Shown here: positions 26,688 to 38,289 of the stretch, in pieces
How the letters are laid out: the number at the start of each line of letters is the position of its first letter
How positions within the stretch are numbered: the first letter of the stretch is position 1
DNA from: a virus
Lineage: Duplodnaviria; Heunggongvirae; Uroviricota; Caudoviricetes
Direction: 5' to 3' (one strand)
Virus record (IMG/VR): IMGVR_UViG_3300028584_001240
Length of the DNA stretch: 64,000 nt
Notes under the pieces: model-generated
What the model was told of the DNA's origin: nothing
What the model saw: only the letters and a program-made list of their open reading frames with translations
Database searches by the model: none
Translations under genes and position numbers: made by a program

Positions 26688-28583
26688 TTACTTTTGTTCT
26701 TCAAACTCAGCGTCAATATAATCATTATCTTGGCTATTGCCTTGATTTTGACCTTGTTGCTGTTGAGCTTGATCAGGCTGGTATTGCTTGGAAGTAATAC
26801 CATGAAGAACTTTTTCAAGGCTGGCATAGCGAGAATCAAGTTCTGCCTTAGATCCTGATTTAATCAAACCGGCTAAATCGGAAATAGCGTTTTCAAGATT
26901 CAATCTATCAGTGCTATCCAAGTTTGGCTCATTCATCACTTTACGAGCTTCGTGAACCAAATGGTCAGCCTTGTTACGGCTATCAGCTAATGCAGCAAAC
27001 TTCTCATCATCTGATTTGTTCTTTTCAGCGTCATTAATCATTTGTTGAATTTCAGCTTCACTCAAACCAGAGTTGGCTTTAATAACAACAGATTGAGACT
27101 TACCAGTATTCTTGTCCTTGGCAGACACATTCAAAATGCCGTTCGCATCAATATCAAAAGTAATCTCAATTTGAGGTTGACCTTTCGGTGCAGGTGCAAT
27201 ATCTCTCAAGTCAAAACGACCCAAAGATTTATTTCCAGACGCTTGTTTACGTTCACCTTGCAATACATGAACAGTTACTGCAGTTTGATTGTCGTCCGCT
27301 GTTGAACACATTTCTGTCTTCTTCGTTGGAATAGTAGTGTTCTTAGGAATCAATGGAGTAAATACACCACCCATTGTTTCAATACCTAACGTCAATGGCG
27401 TCACGTCTAACAACAATACGTCAGTCACAGCACCTGTGATAACACCTGCTTGAATAGCCGCACCAATAGCCACAGCTTCATCAGGGTTTACATCTTTACG
27501 TGGTTCTTTACCAAAAAATTCGGTAACACGTTTTTGCACAAGTGGCATACGAGTCTGACCACCAACCAAGATAACTTCATCAATAGCTGACAATTCAATA
27601 CCTGCATCTTTTAGAGCTGTTTTACATGGAAGAATAGTTCTTTCCACCAACTCTTCTACCAAACCTTCGAACTTAGCTCTGGTGATAATAACGTTCAAGT
27701 GCTTTGGACCAGAACTATCAGCCGTTACATAAGGTAAGTTCACATCAGTTTGTTGAGTTGAGGACAACTCAATTTTAGCTTTCTCAGCCGCATCTCTAAT
27801 ACGTTGCATAGCGAGTGGGTCTTGTTTAATATCAATACCACTTTCTTTCTTAAACTCATTGACAATATATTCAATGAGTACGTTGTCAAAGTCTTCACCA
27901 CCAAGGAATGTATCACCATTGGTTGCAAGCACTTCGAACTGAGATTCACCATCAACACCTGCAATCTCAATAACGGATACGTCAAAAGTACCACCACCCA
28001 AGTCATAAACTATGATAGTGCTATCTTTCTTAAACTTATCCATGCCATAAGCTAATGCAGCCGCTGTAGGTTCGTTAATAATACGTTTTACATCTAAACC
28101 AGCGATACGACCCGCATCTTTTGTGGCTTGTCTTTGACTATCATTGAAGTAAGCAGGCACAGTAATAACAGCTTCTGTTACTGGTTCACCCAAATAGTCT
28201 TCTGCAGTCTTCTTCATTTTCATCAAAATTTCGGCTGAGATTTGTTGTGGTGAAGTCTTCTTGCCTTTAACTTCTACCCATGCATCACCATTGTCAGCCT
28301 TCACAATTTTATAAGGGACAAGCTTGATGTCTTTTTGTACAGCCTCTTCATCAAATTTACGACCAATAAGTCGTTTGATGGCATGGAACGTTTGTGTTGG
28401 GTTGGTGATAGATTGTCTTTTTGCTGGTTGCCCAACCAAAGTTTCACCTTCTTTGCTATAAGAGACGATAGATGGAGTAGTTCTTGCTCCTTCTGCATTC
28501 TCAATTACTTTTTGTTTACCATTTTCGAATATAGATACACAAGAATTTGTTGTACCCAAGTCAATACCAATTACTTTACTCAT
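26688..28583 (-). CDS. dnaK: Molecular chaperone DnaK (Hsp70)
   Basis: [41 protein letters not shown] linker, DAEFEE tail; start refined to MSKVIG. Confidence 0.98.
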   Translation of the reverse strand: MSKVIGIDLGTTNSCVSIFENGKQKVIENAEGARTTPSIVSYSKEGETLVGQPAKRQSITNPTQTFHAIKRLIGRKFDEEAVQKDIKLVPYKIVKADNGDAWVEVKGKKTSPQQISAEILMKMKKTAEDYLGEPVTEAVITVPAYFNDSQRQATKDAGRIAGLDVKRIINEPTAAALAYGMDKFKKDSTIIVYDLGGGTFDVSVIEIAGVDGESQFEVLATNGDTFLGGEDFDNVLIEYIVNEFKKESGIDIKQDPLAMQRIRDAAEKAKIELSSTQQTDVNLPYVTADSSGPKHLNVIITRAKFEGLVEELVERTILPCKTALKDAGIELSAIDEVILVGGQTRMPLVQKRVTEFFGKEPRKDVNPDEAVAIGAAIQAGVITGAVTDVLLLDVTPLTLGIETMGGVFTPLIPKNTTIPTKKTEMCSTADDNQTAVTVHVLQGERKQASGNKSLGRFDLRDIAPAPKGQPQIEITFDIDANGILNVSAKDKNTGKSQSVVIKANSGLSEAEIQQMINDAEKNKSDDEKFAALADSRNKADHLVHEARKVMNEPNLDSTDRLNLENAISDLAGLIKSGSKAELDSRYASLEKVLHGITSKQYQPDQAQQQQGQNQGNSQDNDYIDAEFEEQK

Positions 28584-28655
28584 TTTTAATACCCCCATTC
28601 GGCAGATTTAGTTTAGTTTATTGTAAAGAACTCCGAAGACATTCTTCAATCAATA

Positions 28656-28683
28656 AGTATATATTTTTTTAAAAAGATGTCAA
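28656..28683 (-). promoter_or_regulatory. sigma70-type promoter of dnaK
   Basis: TTGACA-16-TATACT on the minus strand; no sigma32 CCCCATnT -10 seen upstream. Confidence 0.65.
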
Positions 28684-28914
28684 GAGTCTCTAATTAACAG
28701 TTTGTATTTTATTATAACGGGTTTATGTCAAAATGTTACAAAAAAAACCAAGACATAGCGAATTGTCTTGGCTAGAACGGTTTTTTACAAGTAGTCGATA
28801 TGTCGATAGAACGGATTTATACAGTCTACTTTTTTAATGCAATAGAACAAAAAAATAGAAAGCACAACTATATTTCGCCTTTGTATGTAATATAACGGAT
28901 TCTTGGTAAAATCA

Positions 28915-29601
28915 TTAAATAGATACAGCTTCAAATAAAAACTTCATCTCATCAGTTAAGTCAACGTTTAAATTAAAGAAGTCTTCTAATGTGGGTGTAG
29001 TTACGCACAGCTCAGTCCAAATAGTCCTCAGTGGTTCACCTGATCGAATAACACCATCAAGCATGACTTCTATATAATTAAGATGACCTAATTCAAATGA
29101 GACATTCGAAATGTAAAAATCATTATCCGACGACATTTTCAACGTCATTCTATCGACATTCAGGAAATAAGACAATTTCTTCTTATCTTTATTGTCATCA
29201 TGATAAGTATAATCAAGCTGATTCAAGTGATACATGATCATCGTTGGTTTTTTTATATCAAGCGATGGTTGTATGTATTCTAGAAAATTATCAAAAATGT
29301 CGTCATTCATTTTAAGCTTTTCAATCAGTTTTTCACTTTTCAATAATTTATACTTTTCTCGGACTTCATAAATAACCGAATCTTTGGTTCTTAACAAAAT
29401 AAAGAAAATAAAATCGTCTTCAATTTTGTAAAATTTTGGATTCTGGCTAAACACTTTCATTTCAGAAGGTGTGTAAGCTGCAAAACCTATTTCTTGAAGC
29501 CACCCCATGTTTGTTTGATGAACACTAATGAACACTTCATTTTGATAAAGGTATCGTTTCAGATCAGATGCAGATTGTGCTGTTGCTGTATATTGACTCA
29601 T
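28915..29601 (-). CDS. Hypothetical protein, paralog pair member, C-terminal LxxAxxI
   Basis: WLQEIGF, YKIEDD, FYISNV.F..G.L..IEV shared with the next gene; ends FLFEAVSI. Confidence 0.7.
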   Translation of the reverse strand: MSQYTATAQSASDLKRYLYQNEVFISVHQTNMGWLQEIGFAAYTPSEMKVFSQNPKFYKIEDDFIFFILLRTKDSVIYEVREKYKLLKSEKLIEKLKMNDDIFDNFLEYIQPSLDIKKPTMIMYHLNQLDYTYHDDNKDKKKLSYFLNVDRMTLKMSSDNDFYISNVSFELGHLNYIEVMLDGVIRSGEPLRTIWTELCVTTPTLEDFFNLNVDLTDEMKFLFEAVSI

Positions 29602-29659
29602 ATGATTGATAACCTCCAAATTAGAATTTTAAATTGTCACGTAACGTACAAACATAAGT

Positions 29660-30352
29660 TTAAATGACCAATGCAGAGTAAAGGAATTTCATATTCTGTG
29701 TAAACTGTTTATCATAGTCAAAAAAATCATAAATATCAGGCATTTTAGAAATAAATTCACCAAGTGAATAGCCGGGTCTTGTGATATTATCAGTCGTGAC
29801 TTCAATCTTGGAAAGATTCCCATCCCTGAACTCTACACAAGAAAGATAAAAATCAGATTTACTGTATTGGTTGAATTCAAGTTTATCAATATTAATATAT
29901 TCGCTAATTTTCTTATAATCACCACTAATATCATAATAAAAGCTTTCAATTCGAATACTTAAGTAAGACAGCATACTAGGCATATCAATATTATCACTTT
30001 TCACAAAATAATCTTTAACATCAATTCCATAAGGGGCATTTATAAAACTAGCAGGTGAAGTAATATATTTAATGACTTCTTCATTATTAATAAGTCTCAT
30101 TTTTTTTCGAATATCAAATTTACCTACTAATAAATCCTGAGTTCTTAGGTTTAACATAAGTATTTCATCACCAAATATTTTATAATAATGCCTTGAGTCT
30201 TTGTTTTCTTCTGAATATATGGTACATTCAATAAAACCAAGCTCTTTAATCCACGGCAAATCATTTCGCATGAGGCTGGTAAATTTAGTAGGATCATTCA
30301 TATACTTATTCAACTCATCACGACTTTTAGCTATGATTTGATAATTAGACAT
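29660..30352 (-). CDS. Hypothetical protein, paralog pair member, C-terminal LxxAxxI
   Basis: WIKELGF, YKIFGD, FYLSCV.F..G.L..IEV; ends FLYSALVI. Confidence 0.7.
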   Translation of the reverse strand: MSNYQIIAKSRDELNKYMNDPTKFTSLMRNDLPWIKELGFIECTIYSEENKDSRHYYKIFGDEILMLNLRTQDLLVGKFDIRKKMRLINNEEVIKYITSPASFINAPYGIDVKDYFVKSDNIDMPSMLSYLSIRIESFYYDISGDYKKISEYINIDKLEFNQYSKSDFYLSCVEFRDGNLSKIEVTTDNITRPGYSLGEFISKMPDIYDFFDYDKQFTQNMKFLYSALVI

Positions 30353-30365
30353 TGTAATACTGCTC

Positions 30366-31217
30366 CTATTTAACAACAGACATTGAATGTTTTAATACAA
30401 ATAAGTTAATCAAGGCAAATAACTCCATTTCATCAACATTACTGGTATAAAAGGTGTCAAACATGTAATTGAACAAATCACTTGGAATAGCCCATAGATG
30501 TTCAGCAATATTACCAGCCACACAAGCAATCGTATCGGTATCACCACCTACATAACAACAAAGCTTCATGACTTCTTCAAAAGAATTGCTTTCTAATACA
30601 ATCGTCAAAGCTTGCTTAAACGTCACCAACGCATTCATATCAAATGTTTTATTAGCATGAAGCGTTTCTACCGTTTCAGTCCACCCGGCTTTTTCAAGAT
30701 AAGCAGCAATCACATTCTTTTTATCTTCAAGTTCAATAAACTTCAAGTTTTCAACTAAAAGAACAAAATCAAGAACGGCTGTTGTGCTGTCTTCGTGGTT
30801 ATGAGAAATAACAGTGTAATCGTAAGCCAAATCGAGTTTATCTTGAAGTTGTAAATCAAGATGGTTAATGAAACCAATCCTCATAATGGAACCGTTTGCA
30901 TAAGAACCATAAGGTACAGGATTATCTAACCACTTTGTAAAATTACCACCAAAACCAGTCGCTTCTGTGGCGTATTTCTTACATAAACGAACCAACTCAT
31001 CTACTGGGCTTCTTTTATTGATATAGGCTGAGAAAAGGGCAAGTGTGCATAAGCTATCATCTGTCCAACCCGGCGTAGTACGAACCCATTTGGTATTCTT
31101 TAATACATCAGAGACATCAGTAAAGGGAAATTCTTGAAACAAAGGAAGATCGCGTTTGTCCCATTGTTTACCTTCGTAAACTGAACCGATAATATCACCA
31201 ATAATTCCACCAATCAT
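30366..31217 (-). CDS. ADP-ribosylglycohydrolase (ARH/DraG family)
   Basis: GGIIGDIIGS, WTDD, ANGSIMR, SHNH, GGDTDTIA. Confidence 0.92.
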   Translation of the reverse strand: MIGGIIGDIIGSVYEGKQWDKRDLPLFQEFPFTDVSDVLKNTKWVRTTPGWTDDSLCTLALFSAYINKRSPVDELVRLCKKYATEATGFGGNFTKWLDNPVPYGSYANGSIMRIGFINHLDLQLQDKLDLAYDYTVISHNHEDSTTAVLDFVLLVENLKFIELEDKKNVIAAYLEKAGWTETVETLHANKTFDMNALVTFKQALTIVLESNSFEEVMKLCCYVGGDTDTIACVAGNIAEHLWAIPSDLFNYMFDTFYTSNVDEMELFALINLFVLKHSMSVVK

Positions 31218-31290
31218 AATTAATCTCCAAGTAGTTTGATCAAAAGAAGCCCTCTGCAGGCTTCCATTTTAATGCATTTACACCGCCATC

Positions 31291-32496
31291 TTAACTAGGT
31301 TTAAACTTTTTAACACGTTTCATAACATAAGCATCGGGTTCCGATGGAGCTTGAATAGGATTACCGACAATGGTTCGCCATTCTCTCACATTAGCTCGAT
31401 CTTTGAAAGACTCTATCATGATATCGCCCATTTCACGACTGCCAGCATTAATAGCGTTCATTTTCATATGAAGTTCATGAGCTTTATTCATTTTAATGTA
31501 ATCAAGAGCTGTTTTTACAACAATTCTACACACTTCATCTTTTACATTTCCATAACCACGATCCATATGATCAGTGCTTAAAAAGTAATGAGCACTAAAT
31601 CCATCATCTGATGTTTGTTCTGTGTCTAGTTCTTTTGGAAATGGTTTCATTTCTTTAAACGTTTTCAACGCTTTCATGGTATCACAAAACAAGTAACGCT
31701 CATCCAGTATTTTACCAACAGCTTCATGGTAATCATTCACTTTAACTTCACGAAGAGAATCTTTAACTTCACGAGCACCTGTATCATTTCTATCAATGGC
31801 AGTGTCCACACTATACATATGTGGGTAATGCTCTGAATGAAAGTTCATCATAGCGTTATGACCAAGCTTCAACGTAAAATCAAAAGCTTCATACACCATA
31901 GAACGAACAGGGTCTTCGGTAAGGAATGCGGATATCATGGTACCTAAGTCAACAGAATCCTTAATAGTAACAATCAAAGCATCACAAAATTCAGACTTAA
32001 AGTTAGGTGAAATCAATTTTTCTTCAAAAGCAAAAAGATTTTGTTGGTATTCTTCTGTCCTAATGTGATCGCTAATATTCTTAGCTTCTTCACCCGTTAC
32101 ATATTTAGAAGAATAAACATGGCTAACACCAGATTTACAAACATCTGCATACGTCACTGGATGATCGGGTAGACGGCCAAAAGCAACATCATAAAAAACA
32201 TCAGAGGATTGTTTTTTCACTTTTTCCATAAACTTTAACAGTTCATCAGCATCATCTTCTTTAAGTGGGGCAGTATGATAACGTAGCGTTTTTTCTGTTT
32301 CATTAACCAACTCAAAACCCAAAGCAACCATATCTGGCAACATACCTTGCATTAGCTCATTTCGCTTATCAAACGATAATGTAACAAAATATTCTCGTTC
32401 AATAGGTTTTGGTTGTTCTTTCGCAACAACAGCAGGTTGAGGCTTTTCTGCGTCTAAACGCTCTGTTAGTTGCTTAATTTTATCTTTTAAGTCCAT
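31291..32496 (-). CDS. Hypothetical protein, Lys-rich C-terminus
   Basis: 401 aa; ends KRVKKFKPS. Confidence 0.7.
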   Translation of the reverse strand: MDLKDKIKQLTERLDAEKPQPAVVAKEQPKPIEREYFVTLSFDKRNELMQGMLPDMVALGFELVNETEKTLRYHTAPLKEDDADELLKFMEKVKKQSSDVFYDVAFGRLPDHPVTYADVCKSGVSHVYSSKYVTGEEAKNISDHIRTEEYQQNLFAFEEKLISPNFKSEFCDALIVTIKDSVDLGTMISAFLTEDPVRSMVYEAFDFTLKLGHNAMMNFHSEHYPHMYSVDTAIDRNDTGAREVKDSLREVKVNDYHEAVGKILDERYLFCDTMKALKTFKEMKPFPKELDTEQTSDDGFSAHYFLSTDHMDRGYGNVKDEVCRIVVKTALDYIKMNKAHELHMKMNAINAGSREMGDIMIESFKDRANVREWRTIVGNPIQAPSEPDAYVMKRVKKFKPS

Positions 32497-32635
32497 TGTT
32501 AGGCTCCACTAATGAATAAAACCATTATAGCACAATCATCAATGTCTGTCGATGAAATATTATTGCTCTACTATCTTGATTTTTCTGCAAAAAATGGTCA
32601 AATAGAAGATATTAATTTAAAAAAGAGGATATTTC

Positions 32636-33541
32636 ATGAATAAAGTTATATACGTTGTAGCTGGATTAGCAATTGCAGTAGGTGGCGGTTTATACTATGC
32701 TAACCTAAAAGTAGAAAATGAGTTGAATGCTTCAATTAAAAAAGCAAACGAATCAAGTTACGGAACCAAAGTTGAAGGTGATGTATCCACTAACATTGTG
32801 TTGGGAACCTTAAAAATAGATAATATGAAGATCAAATCAGGTGAAGTGACCCAAGAAGGTAATTTGGCTATTACAGGTTTGAAGTTCTACAACAAAGAAA
32901 ACGTATTTTCTGATAAAGTCGAAATCACTTTAAACGATTACAAATCAACGGCTGATCAGAAATACACATCCAACAACTCGTTCGGAATTTCAAAATCCGG
33001 TGAAGGTAAAATTGATCTCAAAGCGACATCTGCTTTTCTTGGTTCAGAAACACAAGGAAATATTTCGCAAGAATATAACGCTAACATCAGTGGCGTAGGT
33101 GATTTGTATGAAACACTTACCAAAGATCTTTCAAGATCCTTAGTGCATAACACACCACCAGAAAATCCAATGGCTTACATTGGTAAAGTGAGTGGGGCTA
33201 AACTTGATACGTTGACATTGAAAGTAAATAATGATCGTTTCCTTAAAAGTACATTAATGGAATCGGCTAAGTCACAAGATCCAAGCATGAACGATGGCGA
33301 ACTTGCGACCAGAATGAATGAATATGTTGAAGCTCAAATCAAACAGAACGTCCCAGAGGCGGGTGGTGCTCAAGCCAAAGTATTAGATTTCTACAAAACT
33401 GACAAATCAACATTGGTTGTTAACTTCACTAACAAAACAAACAAGCCATTGATTGATGCTTACACCGCTATGATTTCATCTGGCAATACGGCTGCAGTTA
33501 TTGCTGAAAACTATGACATTAAAATAGACTTGGTTAAATAA
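32636..33541 (+). CDS. Membrane-anchored exported protein
   Basis: N-terminal TM/signal anchor; beta-rich body. Confidence 0.7.
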   Translation: MNKVIYVVAGLAIAVGGGLYYANLKVENELNASIKKANESSYGTKVEGDVSTNIVLGTLKIDNMKIKSGEVTQEGNLAITGLKFYNKENVFSDKVEITLNDYKSTADQKYTSNNSFGISKSGEGKIDLKATSAFLGSETQGNISQEYNANISGVGDLYETLTKDLSRSLVHNTPPENPMAYIGKVSGAKLDTLTLKVNNDRFLKSTLMESAKSQDPSMNDGELATRMNEYVEAQIKQNVPEAGGAQAKVLDFYKTDKSTLVVNFTNKTNKPLIDAYTAMISSGNTAAVIAENYDIKIDLVK

Positions 33542-33596
33542 GCCAAAGTCATACAGAGTAAAACAAAAAAGCCCATCAAGGGCTTTTTTTGTTCCA

Positions 33597-34241
33597 TCAA
33601 TTTAATGGAAAAGGTTTGCTGCGAAGAACACTTTCAAATGAGCTTACTTTGTCTTCTAAATCACTAAACTCAAACTTATTCCTTGCCCGTCTTAAAACCA
33701 AGCCAGAATACGCTAAATAATGATGAATAAAGTCAGTAATAAACACATGAGCACCCACCCATGAAAGATTGCCAACTGTCAATCTATATTTATCATGTAA
33801 CATTTTAAACATTGATTTTTGAAAATGAAAATCTCTCATTACTTCGGGTAGGTACATACAGTCTTTACGATATTTGTCTAAATTACGACTATACACCAAG
33901 CCATCCGCAATCATATCATAATCGTTAACAGTTGATCCTCGACAAGCGATCTTAACATAGTCATTTTCAATAAGTCGTTCAACTATGATATCCAAAGGCA
34001 ATCCAGTAAAACCACTTTTCAATCTGACAGGTGACAATCGGTAACCATGCATAAACATTTCTTTAAAGTAAACTTCAAAGGTAAAGTAAGCAAAATCAAC
34101 TAATCTAACATTTTCAAAAAGGTATGCCATTTCTTTATTATTCGTTTTATAAAAAAACGATGTAAAATGCAATTGAGCTTCTTGGGTTCTCAAAGGTTCA
34201 GGTAAATGTAAGTTAGCTTCTAAATATTCATTGATATTCAC
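33597..34241 (-). CDS. Hypothetical protein with internally duplicated phage-type domain
   Basis: LPEPLRT..Q..F...Y.LSPVR and LPEVMRDFHFQK.MF...GLVLRRAR halves resemble each other. Confidence 0.6.
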   Translation of the reverse strand: MNINEYLEANLHLPEPLRTQEAQLHFTSFFYKTNNKEMAYLFENVRLVDFAYFTFEVYFKEMFMHGYRLSPVRLKSGFTGLPLDIIVERLIENDYVKIACRGSTVNDYDMIADGLVYSRNLDKYRKDCMYLPEVMRDFHFQKSMFKMLHDKYRLTVGNLSWVGAHVFITDFIHHYLAYSGLVLRRARNKFEFSDLEDKVSSFESVLRSKPFPLN

Positions 34242-34393
34242 GGGGTCGTACCTATGTTAATAATTATGTTATTTTATCACATAAATCAAAACAATTCAAC
34301 GTAAAAATATAGGTGATTAAAGGTAAAAAATAAGCCTTTTAAAAAAGATAAAAAATGCTATAATGAAGGAATGAATAGACAAATGGTGAATTT

Positions 34394-35554
34394 ATGACTG
34401 AAGTGAAAAAATTACTACAAGCAATAACTGAGCGATATGAGACAGTCGATGACTTATCCAATAAAGTGATGTTTGTTGTCTTCAAAAAAGACAGTAAACT
34501 TGTGGATGACTTCGTAAAGACGTTTAAAGACTATAACTTTGAAAATCTTGGAAATGGAGCTTTTGTCTCACAAGACCTTGATAAAACTAAAATGAACTCA
34601 TTAAAAGAAAAAATTAATGAATACAGCACTAAAAATTATAAATACATTCCAGACACTGATAAAGATTACTATAATAAGTGCATTGATGCGGCTGCGTATA
34701 ACTTCGGCTTGTCAGAAGTAGTGAATTCAGAATTGAAAGCTGATAAAATAGAACAACTCTCCAAAATGAGAAACTATGAAAAGGACTTAGAAACTTATCA
34801 CAATAAGATATTGAAAAAAGATTTTAGTAAAAACTATAAAGCAGAAATGGTTAACTTTTTATCACAGATTGTGAATGCTGATCAATTCAAGAAATCAAAC
34901 GGTGTCGAATTGAAAACATTAGTTGATGACATCTATGCTATTGCATTGAAAGCCGCTGATAGAAATGGTTTTGATTTCTCAGTGATTAATGATCACAGTG
35001 TCAGTATGAGATTTGCTATCGGTCAAATTGCTAAAAAAATAATCACTCCATCTGGACGTTATGATGTAGAGACTTCATTTGCTTTTGACAGTCAATACTC
35101 CATGCAATCCAAAGGGTTTAGTGAAAAAGCAATTGCTGACATTATTAGGGCTAAATACAAAGACGTTGATACCATTGAAGCCATTAAATTTGACCATGAA
35201 ATTGCACCACTTGAAGATAAACTAACACAAAGATTTATTGCAAAGAATCCTATCATGAAAGGGTTCACATTCAGTAAATCGCGTCAACAAACATCTGATA
35301 AGAATGCGTTTGAAATTATTGTCGAAGAACTTTCAAAAGGAGCTATTAACGAAGCTAAAGTAACCTGTGGTGTTGAGTTGCATAACGTGTTAAAAGCCGC
35401 CAGCCCTGATAAGAGTATGTATCAAATTGCTTACACATTAAACGATTTTATGAAAGGGCGATTAAATCTTAAGAATGAATTGGTTGATGAGTTGAATAAA
35501 GACAAACCCGTAGAGAAAGTAGAAAAGAAAAAAATTAAAAAGTCAAAACCTTAA
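34394..35554 (+). CDS. Hypothetical protein, Lys-rich C-terminus
   Basis: 386 aa; ends KKKIKKSKP. Confidence 0.7.
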   Translation: MTEVKKLLQAITERYETVDDLSNKVMFVVFKKDSKLVDDFVKTFKDYNFENLGNGAFVSQDLDKTKMNSLKEKINEYSTKNYKYIPDTDKDYYNKCIDAAAYNFGLSEVVNSELKADKIEQLSKMRNYEKDLETYHNKILKKDFSKNYKAEMVNFLSQIVNADQFKKSNGVELKTLVDDIYAIALKAADRNGFDFSVINDHSVSMRFAIGQIAKKIITPSGRYDVETSFAFDSQYSMQSKGFSEKAIADIIRAKYKDVDTIEAIKFDHEIAPLEDKLTQRFIAKNPIMKGFTFSKSRQQTSDKNAFEIIVEELSKGAINEAKVTCGVELHNVLKAASPDKSMYQIAYTLNDFMKGRLNLKNELVDELNKDKPVEKVEKKKIKKSKP

Positions 35555-35588
35555 AACAAATAAAAAGAGCACCGAAGTGCTCTTTTTT

Positions 35589-35957
35589 TTAATCTACGGC
35601 TTCTAAAATATACAACTCTTTATGATACTTGTTAGCAGATGTTGCTTTCACTACATAGTTAAAATCACCAAAAGTGCCTTTTGCCAAAATATAAAGCACA
35701 GCTCCTTTATCTTCTTTGTCGTATTCCAAAACAACAGTATCTCGATTCTTGAAGAATTCTTTAATTGTATCAGGTGCTCTCATGCTGGCAACATTAAAGA
35801 GATCCACCACAAACTTACAAAAATCACCATTGCGAACTTTTGGATTGGTTCCAAAATATTCAACACAAGAGTATTCAACATCTTGTTCTGGATGTTTTTG
35901 AAGTTCTTCGGTAGCATTGGTATACACTTCTCCGAAAATATCAGTTACTCGGCTCAT
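35589..35957 (-). CDS. Hypothetical protein
   Basis: 122 aa, GAGG RBS. Confidence 0.6.
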   Translation of the reverse strand: MSRVTDIFGEVYTNATEELQKHPEQDVEYSCVEYFGTNPKVRNGDFCKFVVDLFNVASMRAPDTIKEFFKNRDTVVLEYDKEDKGAVLYILAKGTFGDFNYVVKATSANKYHKELYILEAVD

Positions 35958-36066
35958 ATAATATTCCTCATTGATTATTTAATGAATCCTGATTATAGCA
36001 TAATATTAAAATTTAAGCAATAAAAAAGCACCTACGAATAGATGCCTTTGAACATAACGAACAGAT

Positions 36067-36318
36067 TTAAAGAATAAGAATGATCAAGAACAATAGAACA
36101 AGGACACCACCACCTAGTGCGTAAACAGGGTGAATACCATATTGCTTTGTATGCGGCTCAATCTTTGATAACACACCAGACAATGCTGGATGGCTGGCGG
36201 CTTTTTCAGTGTATCTTGTAATAATGTTGTTAGTTGGATTCTTCTTATAATCCAAATACAATGGAACACCAGCTAAAAATGCAAGTAAAACGAATAGAAT
36301 AACCATAACAACCTCCAT
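36067..36318 (-). CDS. Small two-TM membrane protein
   Basis: Hydrophobic termini. Confidence 0.6.
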   Translation of the reverse strand: MEVVMVILFVLLAFLAGVPLYLDYKKNPTNNIITRYTEKAASHPALSGVLSKIEPHTKQYGIHPVYALGGGVLVLLFLIILIL

Positions 36319-36439
36319 TAAGTATGTTGAGTATATAATACCAAGATAAAGCAGAAAATGAAAGCCCTATTGAAAAATATATTTGAAAATAGTGTTGCTT
36401 AATGTTATAATTTTCTGTGGTCATTTAAAGGAGTAAAAA

Positions 36440-37201
36440 ATGAGTGTCAACGAACTGTTTGTAAAACATGGTAGAGCCATGCTCAAAAACAAAGATTTTC
36501 TAAACCTATTTGATAATTTTGAAATGTTAAAACACTATGCAGTGTTCCCAGTCAGTGATAAAAATGAAATGTATACAATTACAGCCAAGAAGTCTGCAGC
36601 ATTTCCAGCCGATAGTAACCAGAAATATCGTCATATCATCAGTAGACTTAATGATCAAATTACATTGATGCCCAAAGAAATGGAACAAAAAATTATTGAT
36701 GTTGTTTTTAATACCTATATTAAAATGGGATTGATTAAACATAGTCAAGCTGAGATTGATTTTTACAAGAGTGATATCATGCTCAGTAGTCATTTTGTTG
36801 ATAATGATGTCTATCAACTTAAAACAAAAACAACTGGAAAATCTTATTACAATAAACCAATGAGAATTTTCAAATACTTTTATATGAATGAAAATGAATT
36901 TACTATTGTTAATTCAATTGTTCAAGAAATTCAAAAACATAAATTTACAGTAGCCTATCATCTCAAAGGTGACAAAGTTGTAGTGTTTACAACCGATCCC
37001 CATGCTCGCTCAAAAACAGTATTGAAAGACGAGTTCAATAGCATAGAAGAAGCCAGTGAATTTATTAGAATATACTTTGAAAAAATCATATTTCATTTTT
37101 GCTGGAGAAAGGAACTGCAGGTATTCTTCTCAAACAACGAGTATGAATATGAAAGCTTTGAACAAAATCACCTTGACCTTTATTTTGCCTACTTAATCTA
37201 G
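36440..37201 (+). CDS. Hypothetical protein, C-terminal LxxAxxI
   Basis: AGGAG RBS; ends DLYFAYLI. Confidence 0.7.
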   Translation: MSVNELFVKHGRAMLKNKDFLNLFDNFEMLKHYAVFPVSDKNEMYTITAKKSAAFPADSNQKYRHIISRLNDQITLMPKEMEQKIIDVVFNTYIKMGLIKHSQAEIDFYKSDIMLSSHFVDNDVYQLKTKTTGKSYYNKPMRIFKYFYMNENEFTIVNSIVQEIQKHKFTVAYHLKGDKVVVFTTDPHARSKTVLKDEFNSIEEASEFIRIYFEKIIFHFCWRKELQVFFSNNEYEYESFEQNHLDLYFAYLI

Positions 37202-37211
37202 TAGGCTTTTC

Positions 37212-38216
37212 TTATTTAAGTTTTGGAGCGTAGGTTTTTCTGCGTTCTAATGCTAACACTTCTTTTACCTGAGATTTAAACAACATAGCCGTATAATGAG
37301 AATCATTGCCCGCATTGTGCATGTTTTTTGAGATGATCATATTGTCATCCAAGAAGGCTTTAAGTTTTTTTCCCATTCCTTCTTGACCGACAGGAGCAAG
37401 GTGTTTTTTATAAATTTCTTGGGTGTCATAAATTCTATGTTTATCTAAATTCATATTGTTTTCTTCAAAATGCTTTACATCACAGGATTGCTCATGAAAG
37501 ACAAGGTGCTGAACTTTTGTTAAAGCGTCTTCCATAATGGCCCTAACGTCATCACTTGAAATAAACTGACTAACACCAAAATTAAAAGAATCTTGGAGAG
37601 TCTTTCGCTTGTCTGTTTTATTTTCTCTATGCTCATTAACAATGTAGTGTTCAGTTGTAATAGTTTTACCATTGATGTAACTTAACCCCATTTCTGTAAT
37701 ATGTTTTAAATCAAATACATCAGAAACATTGGGATTAAATTCAAAGTCGATAGATAAATAAGTGTTTTTATCAAAATCAACATCTTTAATATCACCATAA
37801 GTATCAAGAACAGCTCGTTTCGATGCTTTTGTTTTTTCAGCTCTCATCTTCTCGATAAGGTGAGATGGAGTTGAAATAACAATTTTCCTACAAGTATCTA
37901 AATCTCGTGGTGTATTATAATCAAAAGTCATAATGTTATCTGATTTATAAATAGCTTTTTCAATAATATTATCGGGGATGACAAACCTTTTATCTTTCAT
38001 CATAAGGTAAAGGTTTATTTTTGATATTTGATCTTCATCAAACAAGTTTCTAACATCAGATCCGCCACCAATATGAATGGTATTAAATCCTAATACTTCA
38101 TTAAGATGTACAATGTTAAAAAATTGACTGAAAGGTGTGCGTTCTTCTTTGGTTAGGGTTTTAAATAAGAGAAGATTCATGTTTCCCTTAATGCTATTAA
38201 TCGCGTAATATTTCAT
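37212..38216 (-). CDS. DEDDh 3'-5' exonuclease (QIP/Gfd2-like C-terminal domain)
   Basis: SIDFE, VFHEQSCD, HNAGND. Confidence 0.8.
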   Translation of the reverse strand: MKYYAINSIKGNMNLLLFKTLTKEERTPFSQFFNIVHLNEVLGFNTIHIGGGSDVRNLFDEDQISKINLYLMMKDKRFVIPDNIIEKAIYKSDNIMTFDYNTPRDLDTCRKIVISTPSHLIEKMRAEKTKASKRAVLDTYGDIKDVDFDKNTYLSIDFEFNPNVSDVFDLKHITEMGLSYINGKTITTEHYIVNEHRENKTDKRKTLQDSFNFGVSQFISSDDVRAIMEDALTKVQHLVFHEQSCDVKHFEENNMNLDKHRIYDTQEIYKKHLAPVGQEGMGKKLKAFLDDNMIISKNMHNAGNDSHYTAMLFKSQVKEVLALERRKTYAPKLK

Positions 38217-38289
38217 CTATAAGTCTCTTGTTCTTATATCATTATATCACGAGTTTAAAAAGAATAAAAAACTGGCCGAAGCCAGTTGA

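Noticed and set aside
3263-28802. 10-mer AGTCGATATG shared by intergenic regions at 3263 and 28793, each followed by a T-run; hairpins and two TAGAACGG copies at 28748-28835
   Set aside because: A single 10-nt match can arise by chance and the flanking structures differ; a small RNA at 28.7-28.8 kb cannot be excluded but is not supported well enough
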